Shown here: piece by piece, positions 29,061 through 39,021 of the stretch
Position numbering within the stretch: position 1 is the stretch's first letter
Layout of the letters: each line of letters begins with the position of its first letter
From: Candidatus Latescibacterota bacterium
GTDB taxonomy: Bacteria > Latescibacterota > UBA2968 > UBA8231
Reading direction: 5' to 3'
Assembly: GCA_029941565.1 (NCBI GenBank)
Contig: JAPYRN010000016.1
Span: forward strand, 2,845 to 50,939
Length of the DNA stretch: 48,095 nucleotides
Notes under the pieces: model-generated
The model's database searches: none
What the model was told of the DNA's origin: nothing
Seen by the model: only the letters and a program-made list of their open reading frames with translations
Translations under genes and position numbers: made by a program

Positions 29061-29271
29061 GGTAAATCCTCTCAAGCGTCCTGCATATTAGCACGAAGTG
29101 CGCTTTATTTCGACTCTGCCATTCATCGAGCAGCGCCTAAGGCTAAGTCCCTCACGCCGGCGTCGTCCAGCGCCCTCTTGACCTGCACTGTACCTTCATG
29201 GTCCTTTCCAATGGTCTTCAAAATACGGCGCCGGCGCGGCCTCCTCACGTTATTTCAGGGATCTTAAAGCG

Positions 29272-29823
29272 ATGGCAACTCTGAACAGATTCCCACTGTT
29301 CGGTCTGTGGAACCGAGTGGCAGCGACTGTACTCAAGTATGAGGAAGACGAGGCGAAGTGTATCGGTCACGGCGTGGCCGTGCTCTATGCGATTCGCGCC
29401 CAGGGTGGTGGGCGGCGTCTAAGATCCGGCAGGGCCAAGAGTGGCAAGACCATTCCTGCTGGTGAAGGGCCGGTGGTGATGACCACGGACGACGTGCATT
29501 TCGGTGACGACGACCTGCCATGCACGTATGACGACGACGGTCACGTTCTGACTTGCCTGGTGGGTTGCCAGTCGCCGCAGGATGCGGCGCAGACAGCGGC
29601 AAGTTACGACGCCGGCGTCGAAGCCAAGATACCTACGGAGCACATCGAGGCGCTCACTGCCGCCATGCAGCAGCTGTTGTCGACATACAAGCCAGCAGAG
29701 CTACAGGGCTCCCTCATCTATTTCCTGTACAACGACTGGAAAGTTGCCTGCAAAGCAGGCCGCCAAGTCGATCTCGACAAACTCGTGCAGTGGCTGCAGG
29801 CACGGATCGAGGACCGCCGCTGA
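29272..29823 (+). CDS. Hypothetical protein.
   Basis: 183-aa ORF, protein-like composition, no recognisable motifs. Confidence 0.35.
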   Translation: MATLNRFPLFGLWNRVAATVLKYEEDEAKCIGHGVAVLYAIRAQGGGRRLRSGRAKSGKTIPAGEGPVVMTTDDVHFGDDDLPCTYDDDGHVLTCLVGCQSPQDAAQTAASYDAGVEAKIPTEHIEALTAAMQQLLSTYKPAELQGSLIYFLYNDWKVACKAGRQVDLDKLVQWLQARIEDRR

Positions 29824-29829
29824 CATTGC

Positions 29830-30714
29830 ATGAGCTTCCTGTTCCCCATGCGCCCCTCTGTACCCAGGATGCTGCCTGCAACACCGGATGACTATATGGT
29901 ACCCGGTAAACGGCGAGTTGATGGCCGAGCACCGGACGCTAATCTGGAGATCGCCGTGAGTAACCCCATACACAGTCAGGATCTGCAGGTCGATCCCACA
30001 TCCTCGCTCACCACTTCGATAGCCACCCAGGTTCTGCAGGGTGAGATCGGAGGCCTGGACACGATCTTCCACGCCGTTGGCCCCGGCCAGACCGTGCAAC
30101 TGCAGCACTCGCCTGATCAGGGCCGAGTCTACCTGTTCACCAGGGGCAACGGCGGCGCCAGTTGCGGCACGGAAACTCACCAGGTCGCTGAGGTCGCGCT
30201 CTGGGCGCCACGGCACGCCACGTCGCACTCGGTCACGGCGGCCGACACGTCTCTGCACTTTCTCGAGCTCGTCGTCGATCTGTCGGCAACCGATCTGGCC
30301 GAACTCGAGCAGAGCGCCGACAAGTTACCCTTGTTCATCTCCTACTCGGACTGCAGGCGGTACAGCGAGCGCATCAAGAGTGCCAAGACGATCAGCCGCA
30401 CATTGCTGCCCGAGCACACCTTCCCGCGGCTTTGTGTCGGTTCCGTCGAGACTACTGGCGACGACAGCGTCGTCGCCCACGAGCACCCCATGCTCGAGCA
30501 ACTGTTCCTTGGCCTGCAGAGCAACGCGTGCATGGTACACGCCGATGACGCGGAGTTTTTTTTCGGCCAGGATGTGCTGCTGCACATCCCCCTCGGCTCC
30601 CGACATGGCGTCGATGTACAGGCGCCAGACAAGCTGCACTACGTCTGGATCGACTTGTTCAAAAACAGAGAGGGTATGCAGTGGATCGTCCAGGAGCATA
30701 TCCCCGAGGCATAG
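29830..30714 (+). CDS. Bicupin-like hypothetical protein.
   Basis: The C-terminal half has a cupin motif, HEHPMLEQLFLG...MVHADD. The N-terminal half (GQTVQLQHSPDQGRVYLFTRG) looks like a second cupin. Confidence 0.45.
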   Translation: MSFLFPMRPSVPRMLPATPDDYMVPGKRRVDGRAPDANLEIAVSNPIHSQDLQVDPTSSLTTSIATQVLQGEIGGLDTIFHAVGPGQTVQLQHSPDQGRVYLFTRGNGGASCGTETHQVAEVALWAPRHATSHSVTAADTSLHFLELVVDLSATDLAELEQSADKLPLFISYSDCRRYSERIKSAKTISRTLLPEHTFPRLCVGSVETTGDDSVVAHEHPMLEQLFLGLQSNACMVHADDAEFFFGQDVLLHIPLGSRHGVDVQAPDKLHYVWIDLFKNREGMQWIVQEHIPEA

Positions 30715-30913
30715 GATGATGGGTGACTCAGTCCTCTTGGATCACAACCGTATTGACATCCATCTTTGTGCTTGGTGAGAGCTTGGGTTTCATTCCACTC
30801 GCCGTCATCAGACCCCTGACCTTCACGAGGGGCTCCGGGTGTTTCTGTGTCCGGTAGCTGAGAACTGGAAGCCGGCGCCGCGACAGGTGATCGGCGTCGC
30901 ACCGGACCAGCCC

Positions 30914-31452
30914 GAGTATCGAATCCTGATCGTCGAAGACGGCCCGACAATAGACTGCTGCTGAAGCGCATGCTCGGACCGCTGTCATGCGAGGTGCGCG
31001 AGGCGAGCAACGGCGCCGAGGGTGTGGAGGTGTGGCGCCGTTGGCGCCCGCATTTCATCTGGATGGATCTGCGCATGCCCGTGATGGACGGCTACGAGGC
31101 AACGCGGAGGATCAAAGCGGAGGAGGGTGGCCAACTGGAGATCGGCTGCGACGACTTCGTGCGGAAACCGTTCCACCAGACTGTGTTGTTCGAAACCCTC
31201 GCCCGCCATCTCGACATGCGCTACACCTACGCTGGCGAACCGGCCGGCAAGAGCCTGGCGCTGACCTCGGCCGACCTGGCGACACTCCCGCCCGAGATGC
31301 TGACACGGCTGCAGGAGGCAGCATCCATCGCGGACGATGGCGCCATCCTGCAGCTGCGCAATGATCGGCTCGCGCTCCTCCTGGGGCTGCTGCTACCCAG
31401 AGTCGGTTGTCAGCTACATGCGGGCTCCCTTCCTGCCGCGACCAACGAGTAA
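30914..31452 (+). pseudogene. Response-regulator receiver (REC) domain remnant, frameshifted at ~30945. No associated output domain or upstream kinase.
   Basis: EYRILIVEDGP (frame a) continues as (P)DNRLLLKRMLGPLSCEVREASNGAEGVEVWRRWRPHFIWMDLRMPVMDGYEATRRIKAE...GCDDFVRKPF (frame c, ORF 30970..31452). A single missing base in a C-run restores the canonical ...IVEDxPDNRLLL... N-terminus. Confidence 0.55.
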
Positions 31453-31926
31453 CTCGTGCTCCTACCGCCACCTGGCTGCCCTCGAAACCATCCAGGAGTC
31501 TGTTGAGCACCTTGATCTTGCCGCTCGCTGAGGGACTCGGCCACAAAGCGCTGCCAGAAGCGTGACTTAGCCAGGACCTGGCCGACGATCCCCTCGGCCC
31601 TTCGCGCCACTGCCGACGACGATCTTGTTCATTCCATTTCGACCCGTCGGAAACAGTGCCGCGTGTCAAGCGAACAGACGCTCTGTGGTCAGTGGCTGCT
31701 CATAGTTGATCGTGTCGTCGGTCATTATTTCTACGACACACTCGACGTCCCGCCTGCGGCACCAGGCCGCCGACATCGAGACCGAGGCGCTGGTGGAGCG
31801 GGACTGATGGCTCAGGGTAAAAGCCAATTCGGCGCGGCAGGAGACGTGGAGGCCTGAGTATCCAAAAGTAATCCGGCAGGGTGCCTGGCAACCCCGAGCA
31901 CTACCTGGCCGGTGTGGAGGCCGCAC

Positions 31927-32551
<625 letters not shown>

Positions 32552-32910
32552 CTAGTTAGACCAAATAACACTAACTTGACTAACATGGCAACCCTCGCAC
32601 GGTGGGCAGGGCGGGTCTGTCTCGCATCCCATTAAAGAAGAGCCGCTTCCAAGAGCGCAAATTCGCCTGCCGTCACCTGACCTGCCAGATCAGCCTGGGC
32701 CGCACGGATGTGGGTGACTTCCGGTGGTTCCTGAAAGCAGACTACGGTTACGACTACTATAGCATCCGCTTCTTTCAGAAACTGCAGCGCATCCAGCTGG
32801 GCATCGTCGGTGACCCTGCGAGCCTGATCAGGTAGGCCCGACGCCACCACTTCCAGCCGGACAGCGACCCGTCTGGCCGGCCTCTATGCCTGCCCGTAGT
32901 TTCTTAGTTG

Positions 32911-34569
32911 ATGCTGACGCGACATCTCCTGATCCTCACGACTGTACTGCTCCACGCCGGCTTCCCCGACCAGGCACATCCCACCGCCATAGATCAGGCA
33001 GAGGTCGAATGGGACGAGGACCTGACGGAGGCCCTCGCCAACCAACTCCACGAGTTGTCGCTCTCGGTCCGAGACCGGGACCTGGCCGCCATGGGCGCTC
33101 ACTTCAACGCCGATCTGTCCGCCTCGCTCTGGCCCACCGTCGGCGGCGCCACCGAATCGCAGTCCAGATGGATCGACATTCTCGACGTGCAGATCTCTTC
33201 CAGTTCCGTGGACCACCGGGCTTTTCTCGACAGCTGGCAGGACTTGCTCACCGCCATGTCGAGTATCGAAGACGTCCGACTCAAGGTGAAGTCGGCCGAC
33301 TTTGAAGCGATAAACAACCCGCGGGCGGAGGCTCTCGTCGCCATCTCCATCGTCGGTCGCAATGCTGTCGAACAGCGCACCTGGGTGGAGGCGAAAGCCC
33401 ATCTTCGTGCCGTCCGCATCGACGAACGCTGGCATATCGACCACTTTGAACTGAGTGAGATGACCGTCCGCGTCGCTCGGGTCGACCTTTTCAGCGAGGT
33501 GTCGCTGCCGGCTGGCGTCTACCAGGCAGCCCCACCCTTCGGCACCCCTGGCAACCCGAGTTTCATCGCCCATGGTGTGGCCCTGGGAGATGTCGACGGC
33601 GACGGTCGGCTCGATGCCTTTGCCACCGGCAATGGCGCCAACTTCCTGTATCTCAATCAGGGCGACGGCACCTTCACGGATGTGGCCAGAGAGGCGGGAG
33701 TGAAGATTACACCCAACGCCACGGCGCCTCTATTCGTTGATGTCGACAACGACGGGGACAGCGATCTGTTCCTCGCTTCAGTGGGGGCGCAGATGTTGTT
33801 CGAGAACCGTCTGGTACCCGACGGCAGAGTCGAATTTATAGATGTCTCCCTGACGGCGGGCGTGGATCAGTTCGCCCAGGGATACAGCGCCGTCAGTGCC
33901 GATGTGAATGGTGACGGTCGTCCCGACATCTATGTGGCATCGTACAACAGGTATGGTGTCGTCATGCCCGATTCCTGGTCACGGGCGACGAACGGTACGG
34001 CCAATCTCCTGTTCGTCAACCAGGGAGACGGTAGCTTTCAGGAACAGGCACGACAGTGGGGTGTTGCCGATAGCCGCTGGTCCTATGCCGCCCACTTCGG
34101 TGATTTTGATGGTGACGAGCGCCAGGACCTGTATGTGGCCAACGACTTTGGCGAAAATGCTCTGTATCTGAATCAAGGAGACCATTTCGTCGATTCCGCC
34201 GGTGCCCTCGGACTGCTCGATCCCGGCAATGGCATGGGGGTGTCCCTGGGGGACTATAACAACGACGGACATGTCGACCTCCACGTCACCAACATGTCGT
34301 CCACCGCCGGCAAACGAATCCTCAAGCGACTGTTCCCGGAGGAATCAAGTGAGGTGGACGCAAAGCGATTGCTCGGAAAACTCGCCGCAGGCAACAGCCT
34401 GTTCCACAACCTCGGAGACGGCACCTATGAGGAGGTGAGTGCCACTGTGGGGCCCCTGTCTGCCGGCTGGGCCTGGGGTGGTGGTTTCGTCGACTTCGAC
34501 AACGATGGCTGGCAGGACATTCACTCGCCCAATGGCTTCGTCTCCGGCAAGTCTCTCAAAGACACGTGA
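32911..34569 (+). CDS. Secreted FG-GAP repeat protein, the N-terminal part of a CRTAC1/ASPIC-like protein. Terminates at an in-frame TGA that is followed, in the same frame, by ORF 34588..35691.
   Basis: Signal peptide MLTRHLLILTTVLLHAGF. At least seven FG-GAP/VCBS-like repeats (GDVDGDGRLDAF, VDVDNDGDSDLF, ADVNGDGRPDIY, GDFDGDERQDLY, GDYNNDGHVDLH, VDFDNDGWQDIH). Confidence 0.7.
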   Translation: MLTRHLLILTTVLLHAGFPDQAHPTAIDQAEVEWDEDLTEALANQLHELSLSVRDRDLAAMGAHFNADLSASLWPTVGGATESQSRWIDILDVQISSSSVDHRAFLDSWQDLLTAMSSIEDVRLKVKSADFEAINNPRAEALVAISIVGRNAVEQRTWVEAKAHLRAVRIDERWHIDHFELSEMTVRVARVDLFSEVSLPAGVYQAAPPFGTPGNPSFIAHGVALGDVDGDGRLDAFATGNGANFLYLNQGDGTFTDVAREAGVKITPNATAPLFVDVDNDGDSDLFLASVGAQMLFENRLVPDGRVEFIDVSLTAGVDQFAQGYSAVSADVNGDGRPDIYVASYNRYGVVMPDSWSRATNGTANLLFVNQGDGSFQEQARQWGVADSRWSYAAHFGDFDGDERQDLYVANDFGENALYLNQGDHFVDSAGALGLLDPGNGMGVSLGDYNNDGHVDLHVTNMSSTAGKRILKRLFPEESSEVDAKRLLGKLAAGNSLFHNLGDGTYEEVSATVGPLSAGWAWGGGFVDFDNDGWQDIHSPNGFVSGKSLKDT

Positions 34570-34587
34570 AGTCTCTTCTGGCGCCAC

Positions 34588-35691
34588 GTGCTGGCGTCGT
34601 CGGTGGAAGTCGAAGAGACGGGAAATCAGCAGTACCAGTCCGACCACATGGGCAAGCTATTCGAGCAGGGATTCTCTTTCAGCGGCTTTGAGCGAGATAA
34701 GCTCTACGTCAATCAGGAAGGCCAGCGTTTCGTCGATATCTCGGGCCTCTCTGGTCTCGACTCCGTCACCGATGGTCGGGGCGCCGCTTACGGTGACTTC
34801 GACAACGACGGTGACCTCGACGTCTTCCTCACCGCGCTCCAGGGCCAGGTCCATCACCTGTTCCGCAACAACGTCGGCGACGACAACGGCTTCGTTCGCA
34901 TCTCGCTGCGTGGCACCGACAGCGGTACCGACGCCTTCGGCGCCGTCGTCCGCATGGGAACGAGTGCGGGAGTGCAGGCCAAGATCAAGGCAGGAGGCAG
35001 TGGGTTTGTCTCGCAGAGCGATCCGCGGCTTCTGTTCGGCATCGGCCAGGACGTCTCCGTCCCCTGGATCGAGGTACACTGGCCCTCCGGCACCGTGCAG
35101 CGCTTCGACGGGGAGAGCTCTGGCGAGGGCGTCGCCCGGGCGGGTTCGTCGCTGCACATCGTAGAGGGTCAGTTCGACCTGTCCTCCGTGGAGGAGGATC
35201 CCTTCTCACTGCCGGATCCGGCCAAACCCGGGGATGTCGTGTTCAGTTCGCTTCGTCAGCGGCGTGGTGACGAATTCCCGGCGGTGGTCCTCGTCGACCA
35301 GCGGACAGGAGAAACGCACGACTTTGCCAGCTGGCGCCAGCCGGGCCGCCGATATCTGGTCAATCTGTGGGCTACCTGGTGTGTTCCCTGCCGTCAGGAG
35401 ATGCCGGAACTCGAGAAGCTCTATCCGGAACTGCAGGCTGCCGGTGTCGACCTGCTCGGTATCAGCCTCGACACGGGCAAGGCGCGCGCCCGGGTGCCGC
35501 GGTTTCTCGACCGTGCCGGTATCACCTATCCCAGCTTCACGACGCAGGCGAGCACGCTGGAACAACTGTTCGCCGGGGATCAGATCTTCGTTCCCCTGTC
35601 GTACGTCATCGATGCCGAGGGCCGCATCGACGCCGTCTTCAGTGGCTGGTCGAGAGAGTCGGAGGCGGCGATCCGCCAGCTGATCCGCTAG
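34588..35691 (+). CDS. Continuation of the CRTAC1/ASPIC-like protein: a further FG-GAP repeat, an ASPIC/UnbV domain and a C-terminal TlpA/ResA-like thioredoxin domain. Same frame as 32911..34569.
   Basis: GDFDNDGDLDVFL. UnbV_ASPIC block FVRISLRGTDSGTDAFGAVVRMG...AKIKAGGSGFVSQSDPRLLFGIG...IEVHWPSG. Thioredoxin-fold motif YLVNLWATWCVPCRQEMPELEKLY. No independent SD. Confidence 0.7.
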   Translation: MLASSVEVEETGNQQYQSDHMGKLFEQGFSFSGFERDKLYVNQEGQRFVDISGLSGLDSVTDGRGAAYGDFDNDGDLDVFLTALQGQVHHLFRNNVGDDNGFVRISLRGTDSGTDAFGAVVRMGTSAGVQAKIKAGGSGFVSQSDPRLLFGIGQDVSVPWIEVHWPSGTVQRFDGESSGEGVARAGSSLHIVEGQFDLSSVEEDPFSLPDPAKPGDVVFSSLRQRRGDEFPAVVLVDQRTGETHDFASWRQPGRRYLVNLWATWCVPCRQEMPELEKLYPELQAAGVDLLGISLDTGKARARVPRFLDRAGITYPSFTTQASTLEQLFAGDQIFVPLSYVIDAEGRIDAVFSGWSRESEAAIRQLIR

Positions 35692-35858
35692 GTTTCTGGT
35701 ACACCCACACGAAGTCGACTTCAAGACGCTGCGGGAAGATCGACTCATCCACGCCTCTACACCGCCCCAGTAGCAAGGCGCAGAGCTTTAGGGAAAGGCC
35801 ACGGTCTCCACGACGGTGAAGGATCCGTTTGTCACCCGCCAGATTCGATAAGTACCGC

Positions 35859-36050
35859 TCAGGATGTCGCGATCGCAAAGGCCCGTTCTTTGGTCACGAC
35901 CGGGGCATCGTGATGCTTGCTCGTCTGTTCCAGATCATCGAAAAACGCGGAAACAAGCTCGCGAATAAGACCTCCAAGACTCTCCCCGTGGGCCCGCCCC
36001 CGCTCGCTCGGCGATCCGCTCACTTCCAATAGCGGTAGCTCAGACGCCAT
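35859..36050 (-). CDS. Small hypothetical protein (63 aa), translationally coupled to the 3' end of the metallohydrolase gene.
   Basis: ATG 36050 is preceded by GGAGAAGGAAT. It overlaps the last 11 nt of 36040..37482. Sequence MASELPLLEVSGSPSERGRAHGESLGGLIRELVSAFFDDLEQTSKHHDAPVVTKERAFAIATS has protein-like, locally lower-GC codon usage. Confidence 0.35.
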   Translation of the reverse strand: MASELPLLEVSGSPSERGRAHGESLGGLIRELVSAFFDDLEQTSKHHDAPVVTKERAFAIATS

Positions 36051-37482
36051 ATTCCTTCTCCAGGTCGAGGTAAACCTTGCGCCCCTGCTCGAATAAGTGC
36101 AGCACCTCCTGGCGCTGGGCATCGGTGGTAAAGCGGCCAGAGCGCTTGATCAAGCCACTCGACGCCTCGATCTCACGCGCAAAAAAGGCTGCCGACTCGC
36201 CCGCCGCCACCGCCGGCACTCCTGTCCCGACATATACCGGGCTGGAATGTGCGTAGACGGCCTGCTGGAAACTGTCCCGCGCTGCACCAAGGACCCGCAC
36301 CGCGACCCAGCCGTCGCCAGCCAGGTCGACATCGACGGTCCACGTGCCTTCGCGCTGCTCCACCATCTGCTGCAGGAGCCGCTGGTGGAGGACCTCGCCA
36401 TCGCGCACTACTTCGACCCGGTCCAAAGGATAGTGCGACCGCCACTCAACCTTAGCGGAGACTTTGCCGCGCGTTTCAATCCGTGCCCCCGGGCCCTGCC
36501 CGTCGATATCCAACCACAACGCCGGGCCATTGGTAATAAAGGTGCGCCCCGCCTGCAGCCCCTCCAACCAGTTCTGATAGGTGAACTGATCTTCGGTCTG
36601 CACGTAGACGCGATTGTTCGAGCAGACATACCAGTCCGACCCCGTCGAAGCCGGCAGGCCAATGCCACAATTGAGCAGTTTGTACCAGATATCGTATTCG
36701 AGATCCTTCCAACAGGGATCGAAGAGATTGAAGGCGTCGAGTTTGTCCAGACCCGCCGCCACGGGCGCCTCCATGCCATTGCCATTGTGGCACCAGATGA
36801 CGATTCCGCCTTGCGTGCGCGCGTCGTCGCAGGCGTGGCACAATGGTGGGTAGTCGGGGTCGAAAGCGCTGACCAGATCACCGCGGCTGACGGGCTCGAC
36901 GAGATTGCGAAGATTGAGCAACATCACGTGGCCATAACCGCCGTGATGCGCATTGTGCCGCGTCTCCTCGCCGCAGTCGACCTGGCGATGATCAGTCGAA
37001 AAATCGGTCATAAAGCCGATGGGAAACTTGTTCGAGGCGTAGGGAATCTGCCCCCGTTGCAGAATGCTGATCGCCGTCACGCTCAAGTCGTTGACCTCCG
37101 GCTCCAATCGCAAGCGCTCCTCCGGTCGCCCCTCCAGCTCATTATAATGGATATGCGTATTACCCGGATACCAGCGCTGCTCGGGCAAATCAATCCAGCG
37201 CTTCAGCTCCAACTCCACCTCGACAGCGCCCGTCGCCGTCGCATATAGCGTATGCCGCAACGGCGTATACTCAGTGCCTCGCTCGACGACAATATCCACC
37301 GCCCCGCGCCCGAGATGCACCTCGAACTCCCCGTCGCAATAAAAGAACGGATCCCCCGGGCCGACTTTCAGAATACTGTTGGCGGGATGAACAAAACGAC
37401 CGCCACTATCGACCACGTGCACCTTGGCGGGAACGCTGACCCCGGAGAGGCTATCGCGGATGATTCCTTTGAGTCTGGGCAT
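36040..37482 (-). CDS. PHP-like CehA/McbA-family metallohydrolase with an N-terminal Ig/carboxypeptidase-regulatory-like domain (tentative).
   Basis: GNTHIHYNE (HxH metal motif) after a ~100-aa beta-rich N-terminal domain. Later His/Asp-rich blocks (HNAHHGGYGHVML, HACDD, VIWCHNGNG). Confidence 0.55.
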   Translation of the reverse strand: MPRLKGIIRDSLSGVSVPAKVHVVDSGGRFVHPANSILKVGPGDPFFYCDGEFEVHLGRGAVDIVVERGTEYTPLRHTLYATATGAVEVELELKRWIDLPEQRWYPGNTHIHYNELEGRPEERLRLEPEVNDLSVTAISILQRGQIPYASNKFPIGFMTDFSTDHRQVDCGEETRHNAHHGGYGHVMLLNLRNLVEPVSRGDLVSAFDPDYPPLCHACDDARTQGGIVIWCHNGNGMEAPVAAGLDKLDAFNLFDPCWKDLEYDIWYKLLNCGIGLPASTGSDWYVCSNNRVYVQTEDQFTYQNWLEGLQAGRTFITNGPALWLDIDGQGPGARIETRGKVSAKVEWRSHYPLDRVEVVRDGEVLHQRLLQQMVEQREGTWTVDVDLAGDGWVAVRVLGAARDSFQQAVYAHSSPVYVGTGVPAVAAGESAAFFAREIEASSGLIKRSGRFTTDAQRQEVLHLFEQGRKVYLDLEKEYGV

Positions 37483-37488
37483 CTGATC

Positions 37489-37794
37489 CTATACTCCCGG
37501 TAATGGCGCCGTATCGCCCACTTCCTCTTGCCACAGCCTTAGCCTCGCCGCCATCCAGCGCACCCGGTCACGATGCTCGGGCAGGTCGAAGAGGTTCGTC
37601 GTCTCGCTCGGGTCCGCATTGAGGTCGAACTGTTCGCCCTGGTCGACGGCGCACAGGGTTAGTTTCCACCGATCCGAGGTCACAACGCTGCGCCAGGGCG
37701 AAGTATTGAGCCAGTTCAGTTGACGGACGCGATCGGGTGCCATCGTATGGGAAGTCGCCCCTGACGTCAGGTCGCGATCGCCGACACACCGCAA
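37489..37794 (-). pseudogene. Sulfatase C-terminal fragment. The ORF track lists 101 aa from a Met at 37794, but the sulfatase-like region spans only about the last 85 aa from the internal Met in ...SHTMAPDR.... The N-terminal catalytic domain is absent.
   Basis: ...SPWRSVVTSDRWKLTLCAVDQGEQFDLNADPSETTNLFDLPEHRDRVRWMAARLRLWQEEVGD matches the C-terminal tail of sulfatases (compare LLHYGSAPYGELYNVELDPEDLHNLWDDPAY in sulfatase 1). No catalytic domain lies upstream. Confidence 0.55.
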
Positions 37795-37822
37795 TTCCGC
37801 TGGCTGTACTAGTGTCCTGTCG

Positions 37823-38950
37823 CTACTCCAACTTCAAGCGAATGAATCGGGGTCGGTAGATATCGGAGTCCTTGAAGAAATCGCCATAGAAGTCGAAGGT
37901 GTTCACATTGTAGCTAATCAGTAACTCACCGGGCTTCGACAGGTGGGGATGAGCCTTGGCGTTGTAGACGAAAGTCTCGGGATCCGTCGATGGCTCCGAA
38001 GCATGATAGATCGTGTTGATATCGCCGAAGGGTCCCACCGGCGAGTCGCCGAAGCGCACACCCACGTCCGCCGTGATGCCACCCACCTGGAACACGAGAG
38101 CGTATGTGCCGTCCGCCAGAGGCGAGACGCTCAATTCATTCGAAATCTGATCGGTGATCGGTGCAGCGTCGTCGAGTTGTGCCGACCAGCCGCCGCCGTC
38201 CCAGAAACGCCAGGCGTCGAAGTTGGTAAACAGATCGGGGCGGACACGAGCGGCCACCAGCTTCTTCGACAGGTCGTTGCGTACGCCATACACGTAGATG
38301 AATCCGTCCGCATTCGGTGCACCCGCCTCTTCCGTATTGACAAGGATTCCACTGCCGAATGTGAGATCCCCGTGATCCCCCTCGGGCGCTCGAAAAAACG
38401 GTGTGTCCCGCTGCTGTTGGAGCGCAAGAGGATGAGGTCGAGTCAGGTCGAGGGTGAGCAGATTCACCCCTGATGTTGCAAAGCCGAACACCGCGTCCTC
38501 GGTCTTTCGCATGCGGATGGCCAGGATGTGCACTAGGTCCCCGATGGCGACGCCGTCCCCCAGCCAGTACCACTCCCCATCTTGCGCCATCGGTGTTTCG
38601 GGGACGAATACGGCAGCCGATTCTCCGGTGATCTTACCACCCCAGAGAAACTCGATCCGATCGGCTCGCGGCTCAGTACCACGCAGGACTGCAAGTGTGT
38701 TGTTCACAAGCGTCGTGCCGTCGAGCCGCTCTGCCGAGGAACCGACCTCGCCGATGGCGGTATCCGAGAACAGGATCAACGTGCGGGAGTTGGGGCCGTG
38801 TGCCTCTCCATCTTCCCTTCCATTGAGCGGGATGGAGAAGATGCCGTCGGCCCCCGTCCAATCATGCTCCCGATCAAACAACGCCGTCCACTCGGGAGCA
38901 GGCACGGCAACCAGCATCTCGGTATCTGCGGAAGCTATGGTGACGGTCAT
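37823..38950 (-). CDS. DUF4185-like beta-propeller protein (putative glycoside-hydrolase-like). Start uncertain.
   Basis: WYWLGDGV, IYHASEP and a C-terminal ...IYRPRFIRLKLE are reminiscent of DUF4185. The upstream segment ...RRPGRFSELLVAALSMTVTIASA looks like a signal peptide but has no in-frame start codon. An out-of-frame ATG (MSMGSEAWQ) lies just upstream, so a further frameshift is possible. Confidence 0.45.
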   Translation of the reverse strand: MTVTIASADTEMLVAVPAPEWTALFDREHDWTGADGIFSIPLNGREDGEAHGPNSRTLILFSDTAIGEVGSSAERLDGTTLVNNTLAVLRGTEPRADRIEFLWGGKITGESAAVFVPETPMAQDGEWYWLGDGVAIGDLVHILAIRMRKTEDAVFGFATSGVNLLTLDLTRPHPLALQQQRDTPFFRAPEGDHGDLTFGSGILVNTEEAGAPNADGFIYVYGVRNDLSKKLVAARVRPDLFTNFDAWRFWDGGGWSAQLDDAAPITDQISNELSVSPLADGTYALVFQVGGITADVGVRFGDSPVGPFGDINTIYHASEPSTDPETFVYNAKAHPHLSKPGELLISYNVNTFDFYGDFFKDSDIYRPRFIRLKLE

Positions 38951-39021
38951 TGACAGCGCCGCGACGAGCAGTTCGCTGAACCTGCCAGGCCTCCGACCCC
39001 ATTGACATGCCTGGCTGTTCT

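Noticed and set aside
34567-34569. Selenocysteine recoding of the in-frame TGA in the FG-GAP/ASPIC gene.
   Set aside because: The codon is not at a redox-active position. Only a weak imperfect hairpin follows. TGA is used as an ordinary stop by several neighbouring genes. No Sec machinery is visible. It is kept only as a low-probability alternative in the finding.
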